From an uncultured delta proteobacterium (lineage in GTDB: Bacteria; Desulfobacterota; RBG-13-43-22): a stretch of 64,000 nucleotides of DNA. The notes below the pieces were generated by a model. That model made no database searches. It was not told the DNA's origin and saw only the letters and a program-made list of their open reading frames with translations. The position numbers were made by a program, and so were the translations under genes. Every line of letters begins with the position of its first letter. Positions within the stretch are counted from its first letter, which is position 1. Where the stretch lies: assembly GCA_963711835.1 (NCBI GenBank), contig CAVQFQ010000025.1, positions 32,001 to 96,000 of the forward strand. The letters are read 5' to 3'. Positions 48,444 through 58,311 of this stretch are shown here, in pieces.

Positions 48444-48643
48444 GGGATAGTCCCAAAGTTACGTGATTCTCAAACTGAAGGGGGTGTCTCTTAAAATAGT
48501 AAATCACCCCAAAGGGCTTCAGGGGTCTTGATTTCAAGGATTGTCCGCCAAAACGCCGGCAGCCTGAACCCGGGCAGGAAGAGACCCCCGAAGCCCTCGA
48601 CGAATGGATGGCTTAAAAATCACGTAACGTTGGGACAAACTCA
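48444..48643. mobile_element. Family A element, short copy
   Basis: Both termini are reverse complements of those of 2039-2341; TTA close to both ends. Confidence 0.8.
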
Positions 48644-48712
48644 AACCTTATTTCATCCGGCACCGGTTTTAAATTCTATTCTTTAATCCATCATACCGAG
48701 AGAGGATGGTGT

Positions 48713-50398
48713 ATGAGCAGCCTGTTTAACAAAAAGCAATTGGAAAAGGTGCGGGTCGGGCGAGAAGCCTGGGAAAAGGACCTGGCCGGGAAGCTGGTCC
48801 AAAAACCGGATCGAAAGGCCCGCTTCTCGACCGTATCCGACCTGGAGATCAAGTCCATTTATTCCCCGGAGGACATTGCCCACCTGGATTATGAACAAGA
48901 CCTGGGTTTCCCAAGCCAATATCCCTATACCCGGGGGGTGCAGACCTCTATGTATCGGGGCCAGCTCTGGACGATGCGGATGTTTGCCGGACTGGGCTCG
49001 GCTGAGGATACCAATCAACGCTTCCACTATCTGGTCCAACAGGGCCAGACTGGCTTGAGTACCGCCTTTCATATGCCCACCTTGATGGGCTACGATAGCG
49101 ATTCTCCCCTGGCCAGAGGGGAATGTGGCAAATGCGGGGTGGCCATCGATACCTTAAAAGATATGGAGATCCTCTTTGACGGTCTTCCGATTGATCGGAT
49201 CACCACCTCGATGACGATCAATCCCCCGGCCTCGGTCATCTGGGCTATGTACCTGGCCATGGGGGAAAAAAGAGGGATCCTCCGAAGCAAGTTGGGCGGG
49301 ACTATTCAAAACGATATGTTAAAGGAATTTGCCGCCCAGAAGACCTTCATGTGTCCGATTCGCCCTTCACTCCGGGTGGTAACCGACACGGTTGAATTCG
49401 GGACTAAGGAGGTGCCGCGTTGGAATACCATCAGTATCAGCGGTTATCACATTCGGGAGGCCGGTTCCACGGCTGTTCAGGAACTGGCCTTTACCCTGGC
49501 CGATGGGTTGGCTTATGTGGAGGACGCCATGAACAGGGGCCTGGATGTTGATGATTTTGCCCCCCGCCTGTCTTTTTTCTTTAATGCCCACATTGACTTT
49601 TTTGAGGAGATTGCCAAATACCGGGCGGCCCGTCGGATGTGGGCCCGGTTTATGAAGGAGCGGTTTAAGGCCAAAAACCCCAGGTCCTGGTGGCTGCGCT
49701 TCCATACCCAGACCGCCGGATGCTCCTTAACGGCCCAGCAGCCCTATAATAACGTGGTCCGGACCGCTTTAGAGGCCTTGGCGGCCATATTGGGCGGGAC
49801 GCAATCCTTGCACACCAACTCGTTAGACGAGGTATTGGCCATCCCGACCGCCGAAGCGGCGACTATTGCCCTGCGCACCCAGCAGATCCTTGCCGAGGAA
49901 TCGGGGGTGACCCATACCATTGATCCCTTGGGGGGGTCTTATTTTATCGAGGCCTTGACCAACCAGATGGAAGAAGAGGCCCTGGCCTACATCCGAAAGA
50001 TCGATGAAATGGGGGGTATGGTTGAGGCCCTGGATCGACATTATCCTCAAATGGAGATAGCCGATTCCGCCTATAAATTTCAACAACAGATCGATCGCGG
50101 GGAAAAGACCATGGTCGGGGTCAATAAATACGCCACCGGAGAGCCGCCACCGGTTGAGATCCTGAAAATTGACCCTGAATTGGAGGCTAAGCAGATTGCC
50201 CGCCTCCATCAGGTGAAAAACGATCGGAACAATAAGAAGGTCCGGGAATGCCTGGAACGCTTAGGTGAGGCCTGTGTGAACAATGAGAATGTCATGCCTT
50301 TCCTGATCCAGGCGGTTAAGGAATATGCCAGCTTGCAGGAATGCTGTGATGTTTACCGGAAGGTATTCGGGCGATACCGGGATCCCGGGATTTTTTGA
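48713..50398 (+). CDS. icmA: B12-dependent acyl-CoA mutase large subunit, isobutyryl-CoA-mutase-like
   Basis: YPYTRG, WTMRMFAG (Phe rather than Tyr), EFAAQK (Gln rather than Arg), SISGYHIREAG. Confidence 0.8.
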   Translation: MSSLFNKKQLEKVRVGREAWEKDLAGKLVQKPDRKARFSTVSDLEIKSIYSPEDIAHLDYEQDLGFPSQYPYTRGVQTSMYRGQLWTMRMFAGLGSAEDTNQRFHYLVQQGQTGLSTAFHMPTLMGYDSDSPLARGECGKCGVAIDTLKDMEILFDGLPIDRITTSMTINPPASVIWAMYLAMGEKRGILRSKLGGTIQNDMLKEFAAQKTFMCPIRPSLRVVTDTVEFGTKEVPRWNTISISGYHIREAGSTAVQELAFTLADGLAYVEDAMNRGLDVDDFAPRLSFFFNAHIDFFEEIAKYRAARRMWARFMKERFKAKNPRSWWLRFHTQTAGCSLTAQQPYNNVVRTALEALAAILGGTQSLHTNSLDEVLAIPTAEAATIALRTQQILAEESGVTHTIDPLGGSYFIEALTNQMEEEALAYIRKIDEMGGMVEALDRHYPQMEIADSAYKFQQQIDRGEKTMVGVNKYATGEPPPVEILKIDPELEAKQIARLHQVKNDRNNKKVRECLERLGEACVNNENVMPFLIQAVKEYASLQECCDVYRKVFGRYRDPGIF

Positions 50399-50411
50399 TG
50401 GAGGATGACCT

Positions 50412-50822
50412 ATGGCAGGGGAAAGAAAATTACGTGTACTGGTTGGCAAACCAGGATTAGACGGACACGATCGTGGGGCCCGTATCATTGCCCGGGCCTT
50501 CCGGGATGCGGGATTTGAGGTGGTTTATACCGGGCTGCATCAGACCCCGGAGGAGATCGTCCAAGCCGCCCTTCAGGAAGATGTCGATATGATCGGGTTA
50601 TCCAGCCTGGCCGGCGCCCATAACTATTTATTGCCCCGGGTCCTGGAACTCCTCAAGGAAAATAAGGCCGAAGATATCGCCCTGGTCGGCGGAGGAATCT
50701 TCCCGGATGCAGATATTATTACCTTAAAGCAGATGGGGGTCAAAGAGTTATTTACCCCTGGGGCAACCCTGGATGATATCACCAACTGGGTCAGGGAAAA
50801 CATCAAGCCGAGATCATTATGA
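50412..50822 (+). CDS. icmB: Acyl-CoA mutase B12-binding small subunit
   Basis: [20 protein letters not shown]. Confidence 0.85.
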   Translation: MAGERKLRVLVGKPGLDGHDRGARIIARAFRDAGFEVVYTGLHQTPEEIVQAALQEDVDMIGLSSLAGAHNYLLPRVLELLKENKAEDIALVGGGIFPDADIITLKQMGVKELFTPGATLDDITNWVRENIKPRSL

Positions 50823-51805
50823 ACTGGACTCAAAAAATCTTAGCCGGGGATCTCCGCTCCGTAGCCCGGTTAATCCGAGATATTGATGACGGGATTCCGG
50901 AGGCCCGGTCCGTCTTGAAGGAGTTGTACCCCCATACCGGACGGGCTTACGTCATCGGCATCACCGGTTCGCCCGGGGTGGGAAAAAGCACCCTGGTGGA
51001 CCGGATGATCCAACATCTCAGGGCCCGGGGCAAGACCGTAGGCATCCTGGCCGTGGATCCCACCAGCCCCTTCAGCGGCGGGGCCATCCTGGGGGACCGC
51101 ATCCGCATGCAGCGGCACAGCACCGACGAAGGGGTCTTTATCCGCAGTATGGCCACCCGGGGTCATTTCGGAGGCCTGACCCCTTCCACCCGGGGGGCCA
51201 TTGCCGTGTTGGATGCCATGGGCAAGGATTATATCCTGGTGGAAACGGTCGGGGTAGGGCAGGACGAGATCGAGATTGTCCGGTCCGCCCACACTACCCT
51301 GATCGTTCTGATCCCGGGCATGGGGGACGACATCCAGGCCATCAAGGCCGGCATCTTGGAGGTCGGGGACGTCTTCGTCATCAACAAGTGCGAGCGGGAA
51401 GGGGCCCAGAAGACCCGCCAGGAGCTTCAGATGATGATCGAGATGGGTAAGGACCGTAAAGCCAAGGGCGGCTGGAAGCCTCTCATTTTTATGACCGAGG
51501 CGGTCAAAAACGATGGCTTGGAGGCCTTAATGGCCGGTATTGAGGAACACCGGGGCTTCCTATTCAAAAAAGACCCTGCTTATTTATCGGAGTTCCAGTA
51601 TTCCCGGGCCCGTATGGAGCTGTTTGATCTGGTCAAGCAGGATGTTATTCAGGTTATCATGGATCATTTGACCCAGACCGGCCGCTGGGATCACTTTGTC
51701 CAGGAACTGGTCCAAAAAAAAACCGATCCCTATACGCTTTCCGAAGAAATCATCGCCCGCTACCTGAACGCCGGAAACGAGCCCATTACAGACCGCTTGG
51801 AGTAG
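50819..51805 (+). CDS. meaB: Mutase-associated GTPase MeaB/ArgK
   Basis: [28 protein letters not shown]. Confidence 0.93.
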   Translation: MNWTQKILAGDLRSVARLIRDIDDGIPEARSVLKELYPHTGRAYVIGITGSPGVGKSTLVDRMIQHLRARGKTVGILAVDPTSPFSGGAILGDRIRMQRHSTDEGVFIRSMATRGHFGGLTPSTRGAIAVLDAMGKDYILVETVGVGQDEIEIVRSAHTTLIVLIPGMGDDIQAIKAGILEVGDVFVINKCEREGAQKTRQELQMMIEMGKDRKAKGGWKPLIFMTEAVKNDGLEALMAGIEEHRGFLFKKDPAYLSEFQYSRARMELFDLVKQDVIQVIMDHLTQTGRWDHFVQELVQKKTDPYTLSEEIIARYLNAGNEPITDRLE

Positions 51806-51835
51806 GCTTCTTAAGCTGGATGCGAGTGACCTTTT

Positions 51836-52153
51836 ATGGGTGAATTAACAAAGTTCAAGGACTTGCCGATCAATTGGGAGATGGGGCCGGCCGATGCCGT
51901 GGCCCTTCACCTGGAATGGGGCAATACCGGCTATGGCGGCCATTACGGCGATCCGGAGAAAGAATCCTTTTATTTTTCCATTGATACCTGGCAGGAACCC
52001 TTCTTGGTTCGGCTGCAGAAGATGACCAAGGACGGGCCGGAAACCCTTTACGAGATGGAGCTGCCTGGCAGATTCTGGCCTTGTTGCGATTATTCCAAAG
52101 GGGTTCATCCCCTTCCCCCGGAAGTTAGAGACTGGCTCGTGACCTTTTTCTAA
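51836..52153 (+). CDS. DVU0772-like small protein
   Basis: INWEM.P.DAV..HLEWGN...YF.IDTW pattern, recognised from memory. Confidence 0.55.
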   Translation: MGELTKFKDLPINWEMGPADAVALHLEWGNTGYGGHYGDPEKESFYFSIDTWQEPFLVRLQKMTKDGPETLYEMELPGRFWPCCDYSKGVHPLPPEVRDWLVTFF

Positions 52154-52169
52154 AAACGCCATCCCCAAA

Positions 52170-52910
52170 ATGCATCCACAAGATAAAGTTCAAAGGTATA
52201 CCTATTTGATAATCATCGGGATCCTCAGCCTGGCGGCTGTCGGGATTTTTATCGGGCTTTATTGGGAGATCCTTAGGGGTGGATTAAGTCACTATTACCT
52301 GGTTTTTTCCGATAAAGAGGCCATAAAAACCCTGTTAAAATCCTGGGGTCCCTGGGCTCCTTTGATTTACGTTATTTTTCAGGCGGCCCAGGTTCTGATT
52401 GCCCCGTTACCCGGGGAGGCGACCGGGGGATTCGTGGCCGGCTATTTCTTCGGAGTCTTTTGGGGGACCCTTTACTCCCTGATCGGACTGATATGCGGAT
52501 CCGTGGTGGCTTTTTTATTGGGCAATTGGTTGGAACACCGTTTTGTCGTCAAATGGGTTCCACACCAAATTATGGAGCGGTTCCATCATTTGGCCGAAAC
52601 CAAAGGTCTGGTTATCTCTCTGATCATTTTCGTCCTGCCTTATTTCCCCAAAGATTATTTTTGTTTCCTCCTAGGGATAAGCGAGATGTCGTTATCCCTT
52701 TTCTTGTTTGTTATAATCATCGGCCGCCTGCCGGGGGCCCTGATGTTCGCCTTACAGGGGGCTCAGGTCTATAAAGGAGAATACCATCACGTCATTGTCC
52801 TGAGCGTTATCTACATCCTGCTGGCCTTCGCCCTTTTTATGTATCGCCAGCGCCTCTATCAATGGCTTAAGAAAAGGGCCAAGCCCCAAAAAAAAGATTC
52901 TCCCATCTAA
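52170..52910 (+). CDS. TVP38/TMEM64 (DedA/VTT) membrane protein
   Basis: QVLIAPLPGE, PYFPKD, GRLPG. Confidence 0.85.
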   Translation: MHPQDKVQRYTYLIIIGILSLAAVGIFIGLYWEILRGGLSHYYLVFSDKEAIKTLLKSWGPWAPLIYVIFQAAQVLIAPLPGEATGGFVAGYFFGVFWGTLYSLIGLICGSVVAFLLGNWLEHRFVVKWVPHQIMERFHHLAETKGLVISLIIFVLPYFPKDYFCFLLGISEMSLSLFLFVIIIGRLPGALMFALQGAQVYKGEYHHVIVLSVIYILLAFALFMYRQRLYQWLKKRAKPQKKDSPI

Positions 52911-52970
52911 CCCCAGGTTAACCCGGTTTGGATTGGAAAGGCCGATTAAACCTGACAGGAGGTTTTGCCC

Positions 52971-53250
52971 ATGGACTTCAAGACCCTGCTGACTACCTTC
53001 GGAATGATCTTTCTGGCCGAACTTGGGTGATAAAACGCAACTGGCCACCTTCGCTTTTTCCGCCAATAGTTCCTCCCGGCTTTCGGTCTTTCTGGGGTCG
53101 GCCGGGGCCCTGGTCTTGACTTCTTTTCTTGGCGTGCTTCTCGGGGGGGTGGTTCATAAGTGGATCCCGCCCCAGGTGATTAAAATGGGGGCCGGGGGTC
53201 TGTTCATCCTCCTGGGGTTTTGGATGGTCTTTTTTTCAAATGGAAAATAG
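52971..53250 (+). CDS. TMEM165/GDT1 (UPF0016) protein, +1 frameshift near 53025
   Basis: MDFKTLLTTFGMIFLAEL/GDKTQL: removing one G restores ELGDKT. Confidence 0.8.
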
Positions 53251-53288
53251 AAGGGTGAAGGCGTTTTTTTTAAAGCCTGAGGGGCCGA

Positions 53289-54272
53289 TTGAATCGCCGT
53301 GATTTTTTAAAGATTTCAGGGGCGGCCGGGGCCGCCCTATGGTCCGGATTAAAAGGAGAGGCCGTTATGGGTACACCCAAAACCAATGTCGCCTTGGTCA
53401 AGACCGATAACCGAAAAGAAGGGGTAAAAGCCTCTTTGAAAACACTGGGCCTTAATCCGGTCAAAGGGAAAGAGGTCCTGATCAAGCCCAATTTCAATAC
53501 CGCGGATGTCCCCCCGGGATCAACCCACAAGGATACCCTGTTGGCCCTGGTGGAGGAGATCTGGGCCATGGGAGCTAAATCGATCAGCCTGGGGGAAAGA
53601 AGCTATCCCCCCACTCAGGAGGTCATGGAGCAAAAAGGAATTTTGCCTCACCTGAAGAAATTACAGGTTCAGGTGATCAACTTTGATGCCCTGGACCGGA
53701 ACGACTGGATCGAGGTCCGGCCTAAGGACAGCCACTGGAAGGACGGCTTTCGCATCGCCCGACCCGTGCTGGAATCGGAGTGTCTGGTTTCCACCTGTTG
53801 TCTAAAAACCCATCAGTACGGCGGGGTTTTCACCCTATCCTTGAAGCTTCATGTGGGGGTGGTGCCTACGGCCCGGCAGGGATTCGCGTATATGAGTGAA
53901 CTGCACGGTTCGCCACACCAGCGAAAAATGATTGCCGAGATCAACCAGCCCTTCAGGCCTTCTCTGGTCGTCCTGGATGGGGTGGAAGCCTTTGTCGACG
54001 GTGGGCCGATGACCGGCAAGCAGGCCCGGGGAGAAGTTTTTTTGGCTTCCGGCGATCGTGTAGCCATCGACGCCGTCGGCCTGGCGGTGTTAAAGTCCTT
54101 GGGAAGCAATGCCGCCATCATGGAAACTAAGATATTCGAGCAGGAGCAGATTGCCCGGGCGGTTCAACTGGGCCTGGGGGTTGCCTCGGCGGAAGAAATA
54201 GCTCTGCTGGCGGCTGATGATCAAAGCCGGGATTATCGAAATCGTATTGAAGCCTTGTTAAATAAAGGGTAG
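53289..54272 (+). CDS. Tat-signal DUF362 protein
   Basis: RRDFLK; IKPNFN, LKTH, SLK, DRVAID. Confidence 0.82.
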   Translation: MNRRDFLKISGAAGAALWSGLKGEAVMGTPKTNVALVKTDNRKEGVKASLKTLGLNPVKGKEVLIKPNFNTADVPPGSTHKDTLLALVEEIWAMGAKSISLGERSYPPTQEVMEQKGILPHLKKLQVQVINFDALDRNDWIEVRPKDSHWKDGFRIARPVLESECLVSTCCLKTHQYGGVFTLSLKLHVGVVPTARQGFAYMSELHGSPHQRKMIAEINQPFRPSLVVLDGVEAFVDGGPMTGKQARGEVFLASGDRVAIDAVGLAVLKSLGSNAAIMETKIFEQEQIARAVQLGLGVASAEEIALLAADDQSRDYRNRIEALLNKG

Positions 54273-54308
54273 GTTTTTTCCCTTAATCGGAAAGCAGAAA
54301 AGACGGCC

Positions 54309-54794
54309 ATGCTGGATACCGTGGTGATCATTTTCGGTGGGATTTTGGTTTTATTAGGGGTTGCCGGGAGCCTCCTGCCGATTCTACCGGGGCCGCCTTT
54401 GAGTTTTATGGGGCTGCTGCTCTTGGCCCTGGTTCGCGGCTTCGCGCCTCCTCTGACTCCGACCTTGATGGGGATCATGATCGTGCTGACTATTCTATCA
54501 GCCGTGGCCGACCATGTCCTCCCCCTGATAGGCGCCAAACGATACGGGGCCTCCAAGTGGGGGCTCTGGGGATCGGTGGCGGGAATGATCATCGGGATGT
54601 TTTACTCTCCTCTGGGTCTGATCCTGGGGGCCATGGCCGGGGCCTTGGTTGTGGAACTGATGATGCAGAAAGAAAAGAAGGCGGCCTTCCGGGCCAGTTG
54701 GGGAATCCTGGTGGGAACCTTGGTCGGCCTGGGGTTAAAATTGGGCCTCTCGGGAGTAATGGCCTATTATTTCCTTCGAGGCTTATCTTCCTGA
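54309..54794 (+). CDS. DUF456 membrane protein
   Basis: LPILPGPPL, GAKRYGASKWG. Confidence 0.85.
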   Translation: MLDTVVIIFGGILVLLGVAGSLLPILPGPPLSFMGLLLLALVRGFAPPLTPTLMGIMIVLTILSAVADHVLPLIGAKRYGASKWGLWGSVAGMIIGMFYSPLGLILGAMAGALVVELMMQKEKKAAFRASWGILVGTLVGLGLKLGLSGVMAYYFLRGLSS

Positions 54795-54880
54795 GGATTA
54801 TTCTTCTCGTCCGGCAATGAAGGCTTAGGAGAAACCGGATCAATGGTCGCCCTTATCGGTGCGACGACCGGAATACCGAT

Positions 54881-55837
54881 TTACCGGATGGGCTTTAAAA
54901 TCTCGATCGGGTTGGAAAGGGAATGGGTCGGCATGTGTTCAGAAGGCCGTTGGCAGAAGTCCAGTTGAATACGGTAATTCCCGGGATCCAGATTCTCCGG
55001 AAGGTTCAGATAGATGAATCGGGATGCCTTTCGGTCCGGGATCAGGATACATTTCGAGCGATCCGGATTTTCGATTTCCAGCTCTTTGGGCTGCAGGGAA
55101 CTTTCCGCCGCCTTCCATAAAACCGCTTTTCCTTTAACGCCGAATCCGAAATCGCTGACGGAGGCGAAAGAGAGGCGGATCCTTTGACCGGGCCGGTATC
55201 GGTCGTATTCAGTGGACAGGGTCATCCGGCGATTATAGTCGCTTTCCCCGGTTGTCACCTTGGAGGTAGCCGCCTCCCAGAATCGAGGTCTGGCCGAGTC
55301 CAGGTGAATCACTTCGCCTCCGTAATGGCCGACGCCGCAACAGTTGTTTCGGCGAATAAGCTCCCAAAGATCTTTTCCTTTGACGCCGTCAATGGAAAAA
55401 TCGATGGCCAGGCCGTCGATGTGGGTGCTGGTCCTGGCTACATTCCCTCCGGCATTTTTCAATTTTTGGTTGTACTCGGGGTTGCGGAATCCGGAGTGTA
55501 AGAGGATGGGTTTGCCCGGGGCTGCCAAATCCGAAAAGTAATCCAGCATGAAAATCAACCGCTGAGAGATATGCTCGCCCTGGTCCCTGGTGGGTAATCC
55601 AAAGACCTGATCAAGGGCATCAAAGGAGGGGTCACAGAGAGAGCCGTCAGGGTTCAGGAGATGCACCCGGGCTTCCAGACCGTTATGCAGGTTGCGAATA
55701 TGAATCCGTCCATCGCCCATAAGAAAAAAAAGGGCCGGATGGTCCGGAATATCCTGGGCGCGGGCCGGGGGGAAAAAAAGACAGCAGGAAAGGGCGAGAC
55801 CCATAGCCCAAAATTTTTTGGAAGGGTGCTTGAGCAT
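54881..55837 (-). CDS. YcbK/DUF882 peptidase M15A family exported protein
   Basis: Signal peptide; SGFR..YN, STH..G.AID, GVGHY, IHLD. Confidence 0.82.
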   Translation of the reverse strand: MLKHPSKKFWAMGLALSCCLFFPPARAQDIPDHPALFFLMGDGRIHIRNLHNGLEARVHLLNPDGSLCDPSFDALDQVFGLPTRDQGEHISQRLIFMLDYFSDLAAPGKPILLHSGFRNPEYNQKLKNAGGNVARTSTHIDGLAIDFSIDGVKGKDLWELIRRNNCCGVGHYGGEVIHLDSARPRFWEAATSKVTTGESDYNRRMTLSTEYDRYRPGQRIRLSFASVSDFGFGVKGKAVLWKAAESSLQPKELEIENPDRSKCILIPDRKASRFIYLNLPENLDPGNYRIQLDFCQRPSEHMPTHSLSNPIEILKPIR

Positions 55838-55944
55838 AAAGAAAAACCTGTTCCCTTAGAAAACGATTTTCCCCGAAAAGGAACCCCCAGCCAGGCCTGA
55901 ATGATCCTATCTCACAGTTTGAGTTCGGGTGGCCAGGGACCCTT

Positions 55945-56856
55945 CTATTGGAGGATTAATACAATCTCCGATAGCGCTTTCTGCCAGTACCGGGTTGGCA
56001 CCTGGCAGGTAGCGACCCGCTCGTGTCCCCCGCCGCCGTAACGAAGCAGAAGACCGCCCAGGTTTCTTTTACAGGTTCGGTTCAAGATGCTGTGCCCGGC
56101 CGTGATGACGACGTTCTGTTTCTCCCGGCCCCAGAGGACCCGGACTTCGACATTCTGCTCAGACCAGAGAGCATAGACCAAAAAGCGATTACCGATGTAG
56201 ACGACCTCCTCATCGATCAAATTGGTGATGATGGCCTGGCCTTCAACGCGACAGCACCGGGTCAACATCTCCTTAAAATGGGTCTGCTGTTCGAGGTAGC
56301 GTTCTATCCGCTCCTGTACATCCGGAACCTCCAGGATCTGTTCGACGGTCAGGGTGCGGCAATACTGGATCATATCTTCCATCAATTGATAGTTGCTGAT
56401 CCGGTAGTCCTTGAAACGCCCCAGCCCGGTGCGCGGGTCCATCAGAAAAGACAACAGGACCCACCCCTGGGGATTTAAAATCTCCTCTTGGCTTAAATTT
56501 CCGGAATCGCTCTTGTTGACGGCCTGCAGCAGGGGCAGCAGTTGGGATCCGAAGGCCTTTCCCCCGCCGTAATATTCCCAAACCACCTGGGCGGCACTGG
56601 GGGCCCGGTTGGAGGCGCCTTCGAAACGGGGTCTATCAGGGCCGAGGCGTTCCTCTTCACTGATATGGTGGTCGAACCAGAGGCCGCAGCCAGGGGCAAA
56701 GGGAACATTAGCCAGCACATCGTTGGCGGTAACTTCTACCTTGCCGTCCTGGACATCCTTGGGGTGGACAAATTTATACTGATCAACGACCCCTTTTTCC
56801 ACCAAAAGAACGGCGCAGGCCAAGCCATCAAAATCGGAGCGGGTAAGCAGACGCAT
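55945..56856 (-). CDS. DHH-family phosphoesterase (exopolyphosphatase-like)
   Basis: TRSDFDG, FDHH, GGGGH. Confidence 0.85.
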   Translation of the reverse strand: MRLLTRSDFDGLACAVLLVEKGVVDQYKFVHPKDVQDGKVEVTANDVLANVPFAPGCGLWFDHHISEEERLGPDRPRFEGASNRAPSAAQVVWEYYGGGKAFGSQLLPLLQAVNKSDSGNLSQEEILNPQGWVLLSFLMDPRTGLGRFKDYRISNYQLMEDMIQYCRTLTVEQILEVPDVQERIERYLEQQTHFKEMLTRCCRVEGQAIITNLIDEEVVYIGNRFLVYALWSEQNVEVRVLWGREKQNVVITAGHSILNRTCKRNLGGLLLRYGGGGHERVATCQVPTRYWQKALSEIVLILQ

Positions 56857-56936
56857 TTTGATTCCCCCTTTATCTTAATTGTTTGACGTTTATGGGGGGG
56901 AGTATAAAATAGGGCCTTAGGGGGTGTCAAGACAGG

Positions 56937-57824
56937 ATGTTAACAAGACATAAAATCCTATTTTTTTTCTCAGCTCTTATTTCGCTAACCCTGATCGTTG
57001 TGGGTGCCTATTTTTATGTCAACGTTACCCGCCAACCACCCCAGGAGCTTCCCGTTGCGGTCACAGGAGTCATCTCCCTTGGATCAGACACCTGGCTTCT
57101 CCCTAAAAAGGCCCTGGTTGGAAAAATCTCCGCTTCGGAAGGGTCCCTGTATCAGGTAAAGAACCTCCGGGCTCGAAAAGTGCAGGTTGCTCTGCTTCAA
57201 GATTCGGATGCCGGTATTAAGATCAAAAACGCATCCTTGCGACCGGGTGATTTCGTCATTGTCAACCCTCAAAGTATCAGTGAAAATCAGGCCGTATCAC
57301 CTGTTGCCGGGATTGATGACAAGCAACTGATCCAATTGGTCCTGGAGGCCGGCAGGGTTGCTATTGAAAAAGAGGATTTCTATGAAAGCCTCCGGTTTCT
57401 CTCGTCTCGATATCAAGACCCCTGGGGGTATAATGCAAAACTCATTGAGGCCTTCTTAAAGCGGGCCTATAAAGAGTTTTCTAATCCCCGTCTGGAAGTA
57501 TTCGAAGAGCCTGTTATCCAGTTGGAGGGTAATCGGGCGCTGGTGCAGCTCGCGGTTCGTTTGAGCGCAACCTATCAGACACGATCCAATTATCTGCTGG
57601 GGGATTCAAAAGGATTCAACAGCCTCGTGCTCACCCTGGAGAGGGGTCCTGTTGGGTGGAAACTTGTCCATGTTAAGGGAGTGAAACCTTTAGGCTTTGA
57701 CGAGGGATTTCTGAAACTGATTGGCTCCGAAATCGGCTTGTCTTTGACCGAGGCCGAGCAGCGGGAGCGCCAAAAGGCCTGCATGCCCTGCCGGGAAAGG
57801 ATGGCTGAGCGTTTCGGTTCGTAA
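56937..57824 (+). CDS. Membrane-anchored hypothetical protein with C-terminal CxxC
   Basis: N-terminal TM helix, 295 aa, ends ACMPCRER; upstream TTGACG-N16-TAAAAT. Confidence 0.6.
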   Translation: MLTRHKILFFFSALISLTLIVVGAYFYVNVTRQPPQELPVAVTGVISLGSDTWLLPKKALVGKISASEGSLYQVKNLRARKVQVALLQDSDAGIKIKNASLRPGDFVIVNPQSISENQAVSPVAGIDDKQLIQLVLEAGRVAIEKEDFYESLRFLSSRYQDPWGYNAKLIEAFLKRAYKEFSNPRLEVFEEPVIQLEGNRALVQLAVRLSATYQTRSNYLLGDSKGFNSLVLTLERGPVGWKLVHVKGVKPLGFDEGFLKLIGSEIGLSLTEAEQRERQKACMPCRERMAERFGS

Positions 57825-57843
57825 AAGTAAAAAGGAGGTGCCC

Positions 57844-58311
57844 ATGGTTACACTTAAGATCAACGGGAAGAAATACCAGGTAGAAGTCCCTCCGGATACC
57901 CCCCTGCTCTGGGTCATCCGGGAGGAGTTAAAGCTGACCGGGACCAAGTTTGGCTGCGGCATCGGGGAGTGTGGGTCCTGTACGGTCCACCTGGATGGCC
58001 AAGCCGTCCGGTCCTGCCAGGTGCCTGTAGAAAAGGCCCAGGGCAAGGCCATTACCACCATAGAAGGGCTTCCGGAAAACCACCCGGTAAAGAAGGCCTG
58101 GATCGAGGAGGAGGTCCCCCAATGCGGCTACTGCCAGCCAGGTCAAATCATGCAGGCGGTCGCCTTCCTGGCCAAAAATCCCAATCCCAAGGAGGAGGCC
58201 ATAGTCAAGGCCATGGAAGACATCCTCTGCCGCTGCGGCACTTATCCCCGTATAAAAAAGGCCGTTAAAACAGCGGCCGATCTGATGAGAAAGGAGGGCA
58301 AGATATCATGA
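57844..58311 (+). CDS. (2Fe-2S) small subunit, IorA/CoxS-like
   Basis: [19 protein letters not shown]. Confidence 0.92.
   Translation: MVTLKINGKKYQVEVPPDTPLLWVIREELKLTGTKFGCGIGECGSCTVHLDGQAVRSCQVPVEKAQGKAITTIEGLPENHPVKKAWIEEEVPQCGYCQPGQIMQAVAFLAKNPNPKEEAIVKAMEDILCRCGTYPRIKKAVKTAADLMRKEGKIS

Noticed and set aside
53022-53033. In-frame TGA in the GDT1-family gene as possible Sec
   Set aside because: It is followed immediately by TAA, is not at a Cys position, and deleting one G restores the ELGDKT motif, so it is a frameshift.
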